A DNA stretch of 64,000 nt from an uncultured virus (IMG/VR IMGVR_UViG_3300008110_000044) (Duplodnaviria > Heunggongvirae > Uroviricota > Caudoviricetes), in the IMG/VR virus record IMGVR_UViG_3300008110_000044; one strand, written 5' to 3'. Shown here in pieces: positions 37,810 through 47,706 of this stretch; the first letter of the stretch is position 1, and each line of letters begins with the position of its first letter. A program made the position numbers and the translations under genes. Below the pieces are notes generated by a model. It saw only the letters and a list, made by a program, of their open reading frames with translations. It searched no databases and was not told where the DNA came from.

Positions 37810-38089
37810 TCACCTTTTAATCTGTAGCTGTCATAGTACAGAACATCAAATGGTATTTTACAAATCTGATGGTACTGATTGGTATCCTCCAGAAGTTTAT
37901 GTGCATGTACACCTAGTAAAAAGATCATTCTGGTACCGTTTAAAGTATGGACTAAAATATATCTTTGGACATACATCTAAATACGGTGCATGGGATGAGT
38001 TTATTATGGATAACTCACATATAAATGATTTAGAGAACATCATTAAACATCTAAAAGATGAAGAAGTACCAACAGCTCCCAATCCCTAA
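37796..38089 (+). CDS. Hypothetical protein
   Basis: ICSCHSTEH...FWYRLKYGLKYIFG. Confidence 0.6.
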   Translation: MSQNNHLLICSCHSTEHQMVFYKSDGTDWYPPEVYVHVHLVKRSFWYRLKYGLKYIFGHTSKYGAWDEFIMDNSHINDLENIIKHLKDEEVPTAPNP

Positions 38090-38642
38090 GGATTCAGCAT
38101 GGAGCAGAAACAAATGGCTCAGATATGTGCCAACAAGTATTAAACAGTTCTTTCAAGGACTGAGAAACATTCTTAGATGGATGCCTACAATCTATAGAGA
38201 TAAGCACTGGGATCATTCTTTTCTTAACGATATACTGCAAAAGAAGTTAGAGTTCATGAGAGAAGAACTTGTTACAGCTAACCGTTTTGTTGGTGTAGAA
38301 AAAGTAAATAAAGATATAACCCTTGCTCTTAATCTATTAGAACGTATAAAACATGACTATTATGCCCTAGAAATGTATGAGTACATCAAAAACTCTCATG
38401 AGTTTGTACCAGCAGACGTAACGGGTGATTACTTTGTCATGCAAGACACAATCCTAGAAGATAATCTAGAGGAATACTTAGCTAAATATAAACATACAGC
38501 TAAGAAACTTCGTAAAAAGTATAAACTAAAACTTTATCAAACAGAAAAGCTAGCATTTAGAGTATCTGATTATAATCAGCAAAAGTGCGAGCGTATATTC
38601 TGGAAACTATTAAACTATAAACTTACCCATTGGTGGGACTAA
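38058..38642 (+). CDS. Hypothetical protein
   Basis: 194-aa ORF with WMPTIYRDKHWD and C-terminal WWD. Confidence 0.65.
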   Translation: MKKYQQLPIPKDSAWSRNKWLRYVPTSIKQFFQGLRNILRWMPTIYRDKHWDHSFLNDILQKKLEFMREELVTANRFVGVEKVNKDITLALNLLERIKHDYYALEMYEYIKNSHEFVPADVTGDYFVMQDTILEDNLEEYLAKYKHTAKKLRKKYKLKLYQTEKLAFRVSDYNQQKCERIFWKLLNYKLTHWWD

Positions 38643-38652
38643 AATTAAAAGT

Positions 38653-39192
38653 ATGATGACAGAAGAACGTTATAATGATATCAAAGAAGGATACATTAAT
38701 AACATTAAAAGATTTATTGTTGAGGTAGGCGACATCTTTCCTCACGTAACTGTATTTGGTCTACATAAAGATGACCAGACTAAAAATGCTATCATTCATA
38801 TTCCTATTGATGATGAATTTATGAAGTCTGAAGAACGTAAAGAAACTTTTATCAATGATGTTGTACCTGAAGTAGCAAGAAAGATAAAAGAGCAGTTCAT
38901 ACCTGAAGGTGTAGCATGGACTTCTGAAGCATGGTTAAGAGAATCACCTGTTGATAAAGGTATACTCAATGACTGGAAGGAACTGCCAGTAAAAAAAGAA
39001 GTTCTCTTCATAAATATGGAGTTTGAGCACAAAAAAGAGATGATTGTATATGAGATCAAGAGACTTGGTAAGCAGGTTACTGAAGATGGAGAAATTGTAG
39101 ACCAAGTAGAACTTATAGAACAAGACTTCTCTAAAGGAGAATCATCTGGCGGTAGACTTACCGGCCTATACGAAAAGTTTATAAATGCCTAA
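38653..39192 (+). CDS. Hypothetical protein
   Basis: 179 aa with SEAW motif. Confidence 0.65.
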   Translation: MMTEERYNDIKEGYINNIKRFIVEVGDIFPHVTVFGLHKDDQTKNAIIHIPIDDEFMKSEERKETFINDVVPEVARKIKEQFIPEGVAWTSEAWLRESPVDKGILNDWKELPVKKEVLFINMEFEHKKEMIVYEIKRLGKQVTEDGEIVDQVELIEQDFSKGESSGGRLTGLYEKFINA

Positions 39193-39225
39193 GGCATATT
39201 TTTTAATCCCTTAATAAAAAAAACC

Positions 39226-39567
39226 ATGTTTAAACCGAAACTGGAAGACAAGAAGCTACAGCAGATCAATAAAGATTTGTTAGATGGTAGCTCTCTTAAA
39301 ATTGTAGCTGAAAAAAATGACGTTAGTTATCAGCACGTATGTTATTATCGTAAAAAGCTTGTTAAAGCTGGTGTATTAACACCATTATATGAGAAAAGAA
39401 AGACAAGTAGAAAAAAAACAACTAACTTTAGCGTTAGAAAAACCTTGAAAAAAGTAACTGTTCCTACACCTCACACATTTAAAGTGGTTGTAAATGGTAC
39501 AGAAGTAAACATTTCAGGTGCAAAGTACGTTCACGTACATCCTGACAAACTTGATGTTAAATATTAA
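39226..39567 (+). CDS. HTH-containing basic protein
   Basis: GSSLKIVAEKNDVSYQHVCYYRKKL HTH pattern. Confidence 0.6.
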   Translation: MFKPKLEDKKLQQINKDLLDGSSLKIVAEKNDVSYQHVCYYRKKLVKAGVLTPLYEKRKTSRKKTTNFSVRKTLKKVTVPTPHTFKVVVNGTEVNISGAKYVHVHPDKLDVKY

Positions 39568-39571
39568 TACT

Positions 39572-39748
39572 ATGTTTTTAAATTGGTTAAAAAAGCTTTT
39601 ATCTTCTAAAAAGATTGAAGAGCTAGAACGAGAGAACAGTGAGTTAAAAGAGAAATTGGTAGAAAGGCAAGAGCATATAAACAAAACCAATGCTTACTGG
39701 AAGAAGAAAATGAACGATATCAATCGTACAAAGAAAGCAGAAAACTAG
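39572..39748 (+). CDS. Small coiled-coil protein
   Basis: MFLNWLKKLL...IEELERENSELKEKL. Confidence 0.55.
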   Translation: MFLNWLKKLLSSKKIEELERENSELKEKLVERQEHINKTNAYWKKKMNDINRTKKAEN

Positions 39749-39765
39749 TTATAGCTCTATTATCC
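39749..39765 (+). repeat. 17-bp motif TTATAGCTCTATTATCC, copy 2
   Basis: Exact match to 20415-20431 (-); followed by a TTTG-N19-TAGCTTTA promoter-like site. Confidence 0.7.
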
Positions 39766-39836
39766 GGAAATCTTGGTCAGAACTATTTGAAAATCAGTAC
39801 ATATAGGTTAGCTTTATACTATATAAAGCAAGCCCT

Positions 39837-40100
39837 ATGTTATACCAGTTACCAAATGGTAAGGTAATTGAGATAAGCACAGAGCAGTACGTAGAAATGT
39901 CTGATGAAGAATTTGAGTATCTTATTGCATATAATTACGGAGACACTGTGGAAGATCCATGGTTTGGTTCCGTTCTTAGCAAAAGAGAACCCATTGTCTT
40001 TACAGAAGAAGTACCTGATGTACTACCTGACTTAACTAATATACCTGATGAAGACAAGATTACTTATTCCGATATAGATTATAAACCGGAAGACGAATAA
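39837..40100 (+). CDS. Acidic hypothetical protein
   Basis: MLYQLPNGKVIEIS...DPWFGS. Confidence 0.65.
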   Translation: MLYQLPNGKVIEISTEQYVEMSDEEFEYLIAYNYGDTVEDPWFGSVLSKREPIVFTEEVPDVLPDLTNIPDEDKITYSDIDYKPEDE

Positions 40101-40137
40101 TTATTGCGTCCCCCTTACTTTGAAACAATACACTTAT

Positions 40138-40171
40138 CCCCTGAGATTTCTATCTCGGGGGTTTTTTATTT
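40138..40171 (+). terminator. Intrinsic terminator
   Basis: CCCCTGAGAT-TTCT-ATCTCGGGGG followed by a T-run. Confidence 0.75.
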
Positions 40172-40190
40172 ACATTTTAAACTTTTACTT

Positions 40191-40658
40191 ATGGGTAAAG
40201 TAGTAGTAAGTGCCGATAAGAACGGCAACATTGTCGGTGTATCCGAGAATAATCCTGAGTACGGTTACGTACGAGTAGAACAAACTGGTAGTTTTATCAA
40301 TGATCAAGGTTGGTTACGTATTAGCAGACGTTCTGCATTGATCAAAGGTCTTGTTAAAGATCTTATTGAAACTAATTTCACAGAGGGTCAAGAACTTCCT
40401 GGCAGAATTGTGGTAATAGAGTCCTTAGAAGCTTTTAACACAGAGAACCCAGATAGAGATTTAAAGATTGCTGGTGACACAGGAGTAGTATGTAGAATAG
40501 ATGATCAACCTATTTATCGTCAAAGCTTCTATACTACAAATGGTTCTATGCAAGACATACTTATCACTCATACAAATAGTGAAGAAATACGTGAAGTACA
40601 AGCTGCTCAAAAAGCAGTTTCCTCATTAAGTATGAGAAGAAAAGAAGCTGAATTATAA
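40191..40658 (+). CDS. Hypothetical protein
   Basis: MGKVVV...NPEYGYVRVEQ...KIAGDTGVVC...QPIYR; start moved past the terminator. Confidence 0.65.
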   Translation: MGKVVVSADKNGNIVGVSENNPEYGYVRVEQTGSFINDQGWLRISRRSALIKGLVKDLIETNFTEGQELPGRIVVIESLEAFNTENPDRDLKIAGDTGVVCRIDDQPIYRQSFYTTNGSMQDILITHTNSEEIREVQAAQKAVSSLSMRRKEAEL

Positions 40659-40683
40659 GTCACTTATATTTAGTTTATAGTTA

Positions 40684-40713
40684 AACCCAGTGCTGAAAAG
40701 CCTGGGTTTTTTT
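40684..40713 (+). terminator. Intrinsic terminator
   Basis: AACCCAG...CTGGGTT followed by a T-run. Confidence 0.75.
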
Positions 40714-40748
40714 ACTTTATTTACTTATCTTTATAAACCGGTAACACC

Positions 40749-41270
40749 ATGCCAAACAACCCTAACAAAACCATTACTGCAAACTCTAAAGGTATAGTTA
40801 TATCTTTCAGAGACGAGTGTAAGCCTAGATATATAGCTTATAAATCCCCTGCTGTAGAAAAAATACAGCTTTACGGGAAGGTAAGGTATCAAGTGCTTGA
40901 CAAACCTGAATTCAACAGGATACAGCAGAAGTTATATACTGAAGCTATTTATGGTCTTAATGTCTATGATAAAGAACAGCTATCTAAACTACCTACAAAG
41001 GAAACGTCTAGAATATTCTCTTTAAATAAGAGAGTACAGCACTTCTTAAATAGATGGAAACAAGAAATCATAGAGCTTGAAGTAAACAATTTCTTATCAT
41101 CCTTATTTCCCAACTCTAAAGTAGTCAAACACATGTGTGCTATAAACGGTTATAACCGAGCATATACAGACAGACATACTTTTAAAGAACTTGGTTTATC
41201 CCAAGACAAAATTGCAACCAAGCTTGTAGAAGCTGGATTATTACCTAAAAACTTTTTTCAGTTAACTTAA
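40749..41270 (+). CDS. Hypothetical protein
   Basis: 173-aa ORF. Confidence 0.6.
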   Translation: MPNNPNKTITANSKGIVISFRDECKPRYIAYKSPAVEKIQLYGKVRYQVLDKPEFNRIQQKLYTEAIYGLNVYDKEQLSKLPTKETSRIFSLNKRVQHFLNRWKQEIIELEVNNFLSSLFPNSKVVKHMCAINGYNRAYTDRHTFKELGLSQDKIATKLVEAGLLPKNFFQLT

Positions 41271-41274
41271 AATT

Positions 41275-41496
41275 ATGAAACACGTATTCGTTACAGATAG
41301 TAATACTCAACTTATCCTTGTACCTGAATCTGAAACAGACAGATTATTATTAGACAGTGTTATGTCATCAGGTGCATCAACAGAAATAGAATGGATCAGA
41401 CAACCTGTTAGTGTTCTTGGCATAAGCGTCAAAGATAGTATTGTTATTCGTAAGAAAACATATAAACCAATAACTGAAGATGCAGAACAAGCTTAA
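41275..41496 (+). CDS. Hypothetical protein
   Basis: 73-aa ORF in operon. Confidence 0.5.
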   Translation: MKHVFVTDSNTQLILVPESETDRLLLDSVMSSGASTEIEWIRQPVSVLGISVKDSIVIRKKTYKPITEDAEQA

Positions 41497-41863
41497 AACA
41501 TGTAACGGCTGCAATCAGCCCAAGCACATTTGGAAGTCTCACGGTAAAGAAAAATATTGTAAGGATTGCTGGTATAGTATGGAGCCACCCAAGAAAATCT
41601 CACCTGTCTCTAAAAAGATGCGTGAGACAATGGATGAATACTCTAAAAGACGTGCTGCATATCTTATAATACATCCTAACTGTGAAGCTAAACTCATGGG
41701 TTGTTCTACTAAAGCCACAGATATACATCATAAAGCAGGAAGAGGAGAAAATCATTTAAAGATATCTACTTGGATTGCTGTATGTAGACAGTGTCATCAA
41801 TGGATAGAAGAAAACCCAACTGAGGCTAAAGAACTTGGTTATTCTGAAACTAGAATAAAATAA
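41480..41863 (+). CDS. HNH-like Zn-finger nuclease
   Basis: CxxC...CxxC, then ATDIHHKAGR...AVCRQCHQWI. Confidence 0.7.
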   Translation: MQNKLKTCNGCNQPKHIWKSHGKEKYCKDCWYSMEPPKKISPVSKKMRETMDEYSKRRAAYLIIHPNCEAKLMGCSTKATDIHHKAGRGENHLKISTWIAVCRQCHQWIEENPTEAKELGYSETRIK

Positions 41864-41867
41864 TAAT

Positions 41868-42746
41868 ATGCAAAATAAAAAAATTAAAAAGAATCCTATA
41901 CTTAGCATTCTAAGTGGGCCTATGAATTTTACTTGTTTTAAAGAAGCACCTTATATAGCTTTTAAAAATCCAGATGGAACTTTGAGTAAAGAAAACACTC
42001 TTGTATGGAAGCTAGAAGATATCAAAAAGTTTCTTAAAGACAACATGAGTGAATTTCGTAAAAACATTTTTGCTCCAGCTGATTCATTTATACAAGCTGT
42101 TAAAATGTCCCAACACTCAATAGCACATGCTTTTAATAAAGAACCTGATTATATGTTTGCTAATTTAAAACATACAGCTGGTATAATGATTTCAGATGAT
42201 ATAACTATATTCTTTAAAATTAATAAAGAAGAATATTTATTTACAGCAGTTTGTTTTGTGGATGATATATTAGCCTCAGGTTTTTATGAAGTAGCTCTTC
42301 ATAAAACATCTTTAGATAAGTCTAGATATAGAGCCTACGTACCTATACAGCTATCACAATCAAATAAAGAAGATGTTGAAACCATTCAACAAATGAGAGC
42401 TAAAATTGATTCTACATTTATAATAACAGCGTTTAGGAACTATGCCGATCATGAACTTAAAATAGTAGCTGGTAAAAGTACAAGTAAACTTAATAATATT
42501 ACTTATAATAATCTAAATAAACAAAGTATTCAAATTATTGATTCTAGCTGGTATACTACTATTACAAGAACAGAAGGCTTTTTAGTAAAAGGACATCTTC
42601 GCATGCAACCCTGTGGTCCAAATATGTCTGAGCGTAAACTTATTTATATAGATAGCTTTGAAAAACATGGGTATACAAGAAAAGCAAAAATGCTTCCCCG
42701 AGATAATGCTTCTATTTCTACTATAACAGAAACTTTATATTCATAA
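41868..42746 (+). CDS. Hypothetical protein
   Basis: C-terminal VKGHLRMQPCG...YIDSFEKHGY motif. Confidence 0.65.
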   Translation: MQNKKIKKNPILSILSGPMNFTCFKEAPYIAFKNPDGTLSKENTLVWKLEDIKKFLKDNMSEFRKNIFAPADSFIQAVKMSQHSIAHAFNKEPDYMFANLKHTAGIMISDDITIFFKINKEEYLFTAVCFVDDILASGFYEVALHKTSLDKSRYRAYVPIQLSQSNKEDVETIQQMRAKIDSTFIITAFRNYADHELKIVAGKSTSKLNNITYNNLNKQSIQIIDSSWYTTITRTEGFLVKGHLRMQPCGPNMSERKLIYIDSFEKHGYTRKAKMLPRDNASISTITETLYS

Positions 42747-42755
42747 AACAAGATT

Positions 42756-43235
42756 ATGCACACAAAACTTATTGGTCACGTAGGTGTAGACTCAGGTCAA
42801 CTTATGTTATGTGATCCATGCTATATTGACTCAGAATGGAAAGATGAAGACTTTGAAGATGTCCGTGTATACAGACATAAAACTACTGGGGATATTCTTC
42901 AGTACAGAGTTGACTTTCCTCATTATGAAGCAGTTATACCAGAATATGGTAAAACTATGAATGAACTAAATGCTACAGGTGAGTGGATAATGGAAACTGA
43001 TTATCATACTCCTGTTAACTCATTTAGTTATAATGCTTGTGCTAAAGCAACATTATCAAAACAAGGCTACGGTCAGTTAAACTATGCTCTTGGTCATCCT
43101 GGCGTAGGTGTAGCTTTTAGTACTGCTCATGGTGATGGTATATACCCTGTATATGCTACATATGATAAAAATGGTCTATTATTAAAAGTAGAAGTCCATC
43201 TAGGTTCATCCTTAGATGATGACTCTGAATCTTAA
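42756..43235 (+). CDS. Hypothetical protein (DUF4241-like)
   Basis: VGVDSGQLMLCDP...STAHGDGIYPVYA. Confidence 0.6.
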   Translation: MHTKLIGHVGVDSGQLMLCDPCYIDSEWKDEDFEDVRVYRHKTTGDILQYRVDFPHYEAVIPEYGKTMNELNATGEWIMETDYHTPVNSFSYNACAKATLSKQGYGQLNYALGHPGVGVAFSTAHGDGIYPVYATYDKNGLLLKVEVHLGSSLDDDSES

Positions 43236-43240
43236 TTAGT

Positions 43241-44377
43241 ATGAATAAAAGAGAAGAAATCCAGCAACAAGCCCTGGATGTAGCTAAGAAGTACAAACGT
43301 TGTGGTTTAGGTATTTCTATGGGTGTTGGTAAAACTCTCATAGGATTAAGATATCTTGAAGATCTACAACAACAAAACATGCATAAGCTTAATGTGTTAG
43401 TCGTAGCACCCAAGCTTAGCATATTTGATACATGGAAAGATGATGCTGCAAAGTTTGATATCTCTGACAAAGTCATGGATAAAATAACTTATACAACTTA
43501 TCTCTCTTTAAACAAATACAACCCACACAGCTATGATGTAGTTGTGCTGGATGAATGCCACAGTCTTCTTGACTCACATGAAGTCTTTCTTACAAGTTAT
43601 CAGGGTAAAATATTAGGTCTTACAGGTACTCCTCCTAGATATACAAACACAGAGAAAGGTAAAATAGTAATGAAATACTGTCCTATCCTGTATAAGTATA
43701 TTACAGATGACGCTATTGATGATGATATTCTTAATGATTATAGAATCATAGTACACAAAATGCCACTATCTAAAGACAATACTATTCCAGTGTCTCTTAA
43801 AAATAGTAACTTCTACACATCAGAACAAAAGAGTTATGCATATTGGTCTAAGAGAATTATGGATGCACAAACAAAAAAACAGGAGCAAATAGCCTCTGTT
43901 ATGAGAATGCGGGTGCTAATGGATTTCAAGACAAAAGAAGAATATGCAAAATATCTAGTAAAAGAAATAGAAGACAAGTGTATAGTATTCTGTAATACCC
44001 AAGCTCAAGCAGATAGAATATGTAAGTATAGTGTGCACTCAGAGAATCCTGATGCAGAACATAACTTAGATATGTTTAAACGTGATAAGATTACTGAGCT
44101 ATCATGTGTACTACAACTTAATGAAGGTGTAAACATACCAAATTTAAGAGCCGGTATTATCATGCATGCATATGGTAATGAGCGTAAGTCATCTCAAAGA
44201 ATAGGAAGACTATTAAGACTAAATCCTGATGATACAGCATATGTACATATTCTTTGTTACAAAGATACTGTAGATGAGAGATGGGTAGCTGAGGCATTAA
44301 AGGATCTAGATCCAAGAAAAATTAAGTATCACGATGTAAATATGTCAACGTATGATGAATCTTCACTTTACAGGTAA
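43241..44377 (+). CDS. Superfamily 2 DNA helicase
   Basis: MGVGKT, LDECH, LTGTP, EGVNIP and QRIGRLLR motifs. Confidence 0.9.
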   Translation: MNKREEIQQQALDVAKKYKRCGLGISMGVGKTLIGLRYLEDLQQQNMHKLNVLVVAPKLSIFDTWKDDAAKFDISDKVMDKITYTTYLSLNKYNPHSYDVVVLDECHSLLDSHEVFLTSYQGKILGLTGTPPRYTNTEKGKIVMKYCPILYKYITDDAIDDDILNDYRIIVHKMPLSKDNTIPVSLKNSNFYTSEQKSYAYWSKRIMDAQTKKQEQIASVMRMRVLMDFKTKEEYAKYLVKEIEDKCIVFCNTQAQADRICKYSVHSENPDAEHNLDMFKRDKITELSCVLQLNEGVNIPNLRAGIIMHAYGNERKSSQRIGRLLRLNPDDTAYVHILCYKDTVDERWVAEALKDLDPRKIKYHDVNMSTYDESSLYR

Positions 44378-44750
44378 ATATATTAAACGTAATGGTAGGT
44401 TAGAGTTTTCTACACTAGCTGCATCAAAACAGTTTGAAATGTTTGTATCATATATTCCTGATGGACAAATAGTAGAAGTATTCTATGAGCAACAGCATGA
44501 TGATGGTACATTACCTCAGCTTGCTAAGCTGCACGTAATTATAAAGCAACTGGCTATGCATACTGGTGAGACTGTAGAAAACATGAAACTACTTGTTAAA
44601 GACAAAGCAGGTTTATGTATAGCAAGAGAAGTATCTGGTAAAGAATACTTCTTAGCTAAAAGTTTTGCAGAGTGCTCCAAAGATGAGTTAAGTCTTGCTA
44701 TACAAGCAGCAATGGAAATAGGTCAGGATATTAACTTTCCTGTGTGGTAG
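44352..44750 (+). CDS. NinB-like protein
   Basis: QLAKLH...GET...MK...KSFAECSKDELS pattern. Confidence 0.45.
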   Translation: MMNLHFTGKYIKRNGRLEFSTLAASKQFEMFVSYIPDGQIVEVFYEQQHDDGTLPQLAKLHVIIKQLAMHTGETVENMKLLVKDKAGLCIAREVSGKEYFLAKSFAECSKDELSLAIQAAMEIGQDINFPVW

Positions 44751-45018
44751 GAGCATCATCAATGTTTTCCTCTACAACTAACCCTTTTTCTTGTGCGGTT
44801 GTTTCAATAGCAGTTATCATTAGTGATAAGAATGCTACGTGTTCATACCAGTCTTCTGTAAATTCCTTCTTCATTATTTTTTCCTGAGCTTCTAATATCT
44901 CTTCTTCTGTTTTATCAGCAAGAATAAAGAGTAGTAGTTTTTGGAAGTTAATAAGAGTATTACCACCAATAGTAATTGGGAATACAGAATCTCTTTTTAT
45001 AGACTTATAGACTGGCAT
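44731..45018 (-). CDS. Hypothetical protein (counter-oriented)
   Basis: 95-aa ORF with TAAATTTG just upstream on the minus strand. Confidence 0.55.
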   Translation of the reverse strand: MPVYKSIKRDSVFPITIGGNTLINFQKLLLFILADKTEEEILEAQEKIMKKEFTEDWYEHVAFLSLMITAIETTAQEKGLVVEENIDDAPTTQES

Positions 45019-45051
45019 AAAATAATTATTTGTACAAATTTATAAAACTTT

Positions 45052-45768
45052 ATGATACAAACTGTAGATCTTGCAGAAATAAAAAGCAAGTTAATAGAAA
45101 AACTTGGACCATCAGGTTGGGCAACAAAGCTAAGAGGGTTCATTCAGTCTAGTGATTTTGATAAAATACTAGACAAATTACTGGAAGAAAGAGATAGTGG
45201 TAAAAGATTTACTCCTCCTCTTAAAGCCGTATTCAGAGCCTTTGAAGAGTGTCCAGAGAAAGATCTTAAAATCATTATGATTGGTCAGGACCCATACCCT
45301 CACATGGGTGTAGCTGATGGTATAGCATTTTCTTGTGGTCTCACACAAAAACCTCAGCCTAGTCTGAAGAATATGTTTGAAGCAATAGAAAAAACTGTAC
45401 ATCAAGAATGGCCTACTCATCAAGATCCAGATCTTACAAGATGGTCTAACCAAGGTATACTAATGCTTAATACAGCATTAACTACCCAAATTGATAAAGT
45501 AGGAACTCACTATCATATCTGGCAGGACTTCATTATGTATGTGCTTGATATGCTTAGTCTTACAAACTCTGGTCTAATATTTATGCTATTCGGGGCAAAA
45601 GCTCATGAACTAGAATCAGTAATAGGACAGAACCATTATATTCTAAAAGCTAGTCATCCAGCATCAGCTGCGTATACAAAGACTACTTGGGATTGTAATG
45701 ATGTATTTAATAAAGCCAACGAGATTATTGAAAAAAACAACGGGGTTTTATATAAAATAAACTGGTAA
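45052..45768 (+). CDS. ung: Uracil-DNA glycosylase family 1
   Basis: GQDPY, ADGIAFS, QGILMLNTALT and SHPAS motifs. Confidence 0.92.
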   Translation: MIQTVDLAEIKSKLIEKLGPSGWATKLRGFIQSSDFDKILDKLLEERDSGKRFTPPLKAVFRAFEECPEKDLKIIMIGQDPYPHMGVADGIAFSCGLTQKPQPSLKNMFEAIEKTVHQEWPTHQDPDLTRWSNQGILMLNTALTTQIDKVGTHYHIWQDFIMYVLDMLSLTNSGLIFMLFGAKAHELESVIGQNHYILKASHPASAAYTKTTWDCNDVFNKANEIIEKNNGVLYKINW

Positions 45769-45797
45769 TCAATTCTTAATTATTAATAACTACTACT

Positions 45798-46196
45798 ATG
45801 GCAGTAAACAAAGTAGATCTGTATGTATCACAGATCTTAGAAGACCTTAACAATGGTCTTACATGGTTAAAACGTGATGACATCGGTTACGGTAACATCC
45901 AAGAAAAGTACAATGCAAAAGATCAGCAGATTGCTATGATCCGTAAACATCCAGCTCTAAAAGATGCTGAGACAAACATCACCGTATTTAATATCATAGA
46001 CGACACTAAAGATGAAAGAAACACCACCGTATCCGATAGAGAACGACATGAGACTAATGAGTCTGTGGAACGCTTATCTAGCACTAGTACAAACAACACC
46101 ACGTCTTCAGATGATTCTATACGAGAATACAAAGTTACTAATGGAGAAACATCTGTCACAGCAGATGAAGAACTCTCAGCCTTCATCAACCTCTAG
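45798..46196 (+). CDS. Hypothetical protein
   Basis: 132-aa ORF. Confidence 0.55.
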   Translation: MAVNKVDLYVSQILEDLNNGLTWLKRDDIGYGNIQEKYNAKDQQIAMIRKHPALKDAETNITVFNIIDDTKDERNTTVSDRERHETNESVERLSSTSTNNTTSSDDSIREYKVTNGETSVTADEELSAFINL

Positions 46197-46200
46197 TACT

Positions 46201-47616
46201 ATGCATCCAAGACCAAGTCCAACAGATAGTGCCACACTTTATAACGTAGGCACGCAAATGACAGGTAATGATGGTAATATATGGGAAGTAAGAGCTTCTG
46301 CTACAGGTGTACAACGCTGGGTAAAAGCAAACTATGGTTTCTCACAAACACCTGTCAGAATAAATACTGTTCATTCTCATGGTATGAGTGCAACAACAGT
46401 AACTAATCCAGATGGTTCTCAACAATGGGTAGATACTACTATAGACCCAAATGCTCTACAAACTTTTAAACACACAAAAATGTCTAAATTAAAGACTATT
46501 ACAAAGAAAACTACGCAGGAAGTGCGTCAGATTGAAACTTCTTTAATCAATAAAGAAGAAGTATTTAAAATGCTAGCCTTAGCAGAATCAACAGGTTTAC
46601 CCTGTCTGCTAATTGGTGAACCCGGTGTTGCAAAGACAAAAACTGTATTAGAGTATGCCAAAGCTTGGCTGAACAAAGACGGTAAAATGACCGCTCAAGA
46701 TTTTGCTAATAAAGTTTATATCCTTGAAACAGATGAGGGTACTAAAGCGTCAGAAATTAAGGGTATGCCTGATCTAGGTAGATTATTTACTGAGAATAAG
46801 TATGAACTTAATGCACCTATTGCAGATGCAGAGATCGTAATTATCAACGAGGTAGATAAAGCTGGTTCAGCTATCCGTAACGCCATGCTTGGTGTTATGA
46901 ACGAGAAGTTCTTATTCAACGGTAAGAATAAGATCCCATGTAAATGGAAACTGTTCATTGCAACCTGTAATGAAATCCCTAAAGATGAGCAAGACTCTCC
47001 ATTCTGGGACCGTTTCATGTTAAAGATGACAGTAAACCGTGTATCTGCTGGTGAGCTTGTAAAGTATTACCAGAAGGGTGCACGTAACTATCGTGAGAAG
47101 TTTAGTATTGGTGTACCTAATAGCACTGAAATAGAGCAAGTAGAAGTACCAGTAAATAAACTAGAAAAATATCTTGAAGTAGGCTACCAACATAGCTCAG
47201 ACCGTACATTGACCTTTGTACCAAAGTTAACAAAGGCCATTAGTTATATCTGGGATATCAGTGTAGATAAAGCTTTGGTTAAAACAGCCCAGATAATGAT
47301 CGGACAATCAGCAGGTTCTGAACTTCAGAATAAACTAATGAGTCCAGAGGTTAAGGCTGTTATGTCTAAAGTAGAAATGCTACACAGCTATACTACAAAC
47401 GAACAACTTGAGCTTTCTATTGCAGATATAGAATCTCTTATCAATACTTATGTAAGCCGTGGTATCATGGATGAAACACAAGTAGAAGAAATAGAGCTTT
47501 CTATGCAGTATATTCTATCTAATCATCCTGCTCGTAAAGACTATCAAACTTCAGAAGAGTTTGATGTAATGATGGAAGCTGAAATGCCAGTACAAGAAGC
47601 ATCAAACCCTTTTTAA
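46201..47616 (+). CDS. MoxR/RavA-like AAA+ ATPase with N-terminal extension
   Basis: GEPGVAKT, IINEVDKA, ATCNE, FWDRF; likely start 46201 (alternative 46480). Confidence 0.85.
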   Translation: MHPRPSPTDSATLYNVGTQMTGNDGNIWEVRASATGVQRWVKANYGFSQTPVRINTVHSHGMSATTVTNPDGSQQWVDTTIDPNALQTFKHTKMSKLKTITKKTTQEVRQIETSLINKEEVFKMLALAESTGLPCLLIGEPGVAKTKTVLEYAKAWLNKDGKMTAQDFANKVYILETDEGTKASEIKGMPDLGRLFTENKYELNAPIADAEIVIINEVDKAGSAIRNAMLGVMNEKFLFNGKNKIPCKWKLFIATCNEIPKDEQDSPFWDRFMLKMTVNRVSAGELVKYYQKGARNYREKFSIGVPNSTEIEQVEVPVNKLEKYLEVGYQHSSDRTLTFVPKLTKAISYIWDISVDKALVKTAQIMIGQSAGSELQNKLMSPEVKAVMSKVEMLHSYTTNEQLELSIADIESLINTYVSRGIMDETQVEEIELSMQYILSNHPARKDYQTSEEFDVMMEAEMPVQEASNPF

Positions 47617-47642
47617 AAACAGGTCATAGTAGAAATCCTAAA

Positions 47643-47671
47643 AAGATCCCGGTAATCACTCCGGGGTCTTT
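47643..47671 (+). terminator. Hairpin between MoxR and VWA genes
   Basis: AAGATCCCGG...CCGGGGTCTT. Confidence 0.45.
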
Positions 47672-47706
47672 GCAGGAATTTTATGATCTATTAATTAAGT
47701 TATAAC

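Noticed and set aside
37570..40171. Shared TTTCTA loop in two terminators as a mobile repeat
   Set aside because: Only the loop is shared; best explained as a preferred terminator loop
46012..46200. Upstream start of the MoxR ORF
   Set aside because: Overlaps gene 45798-46196 by 185 nt; ATG 46201 follows its stop
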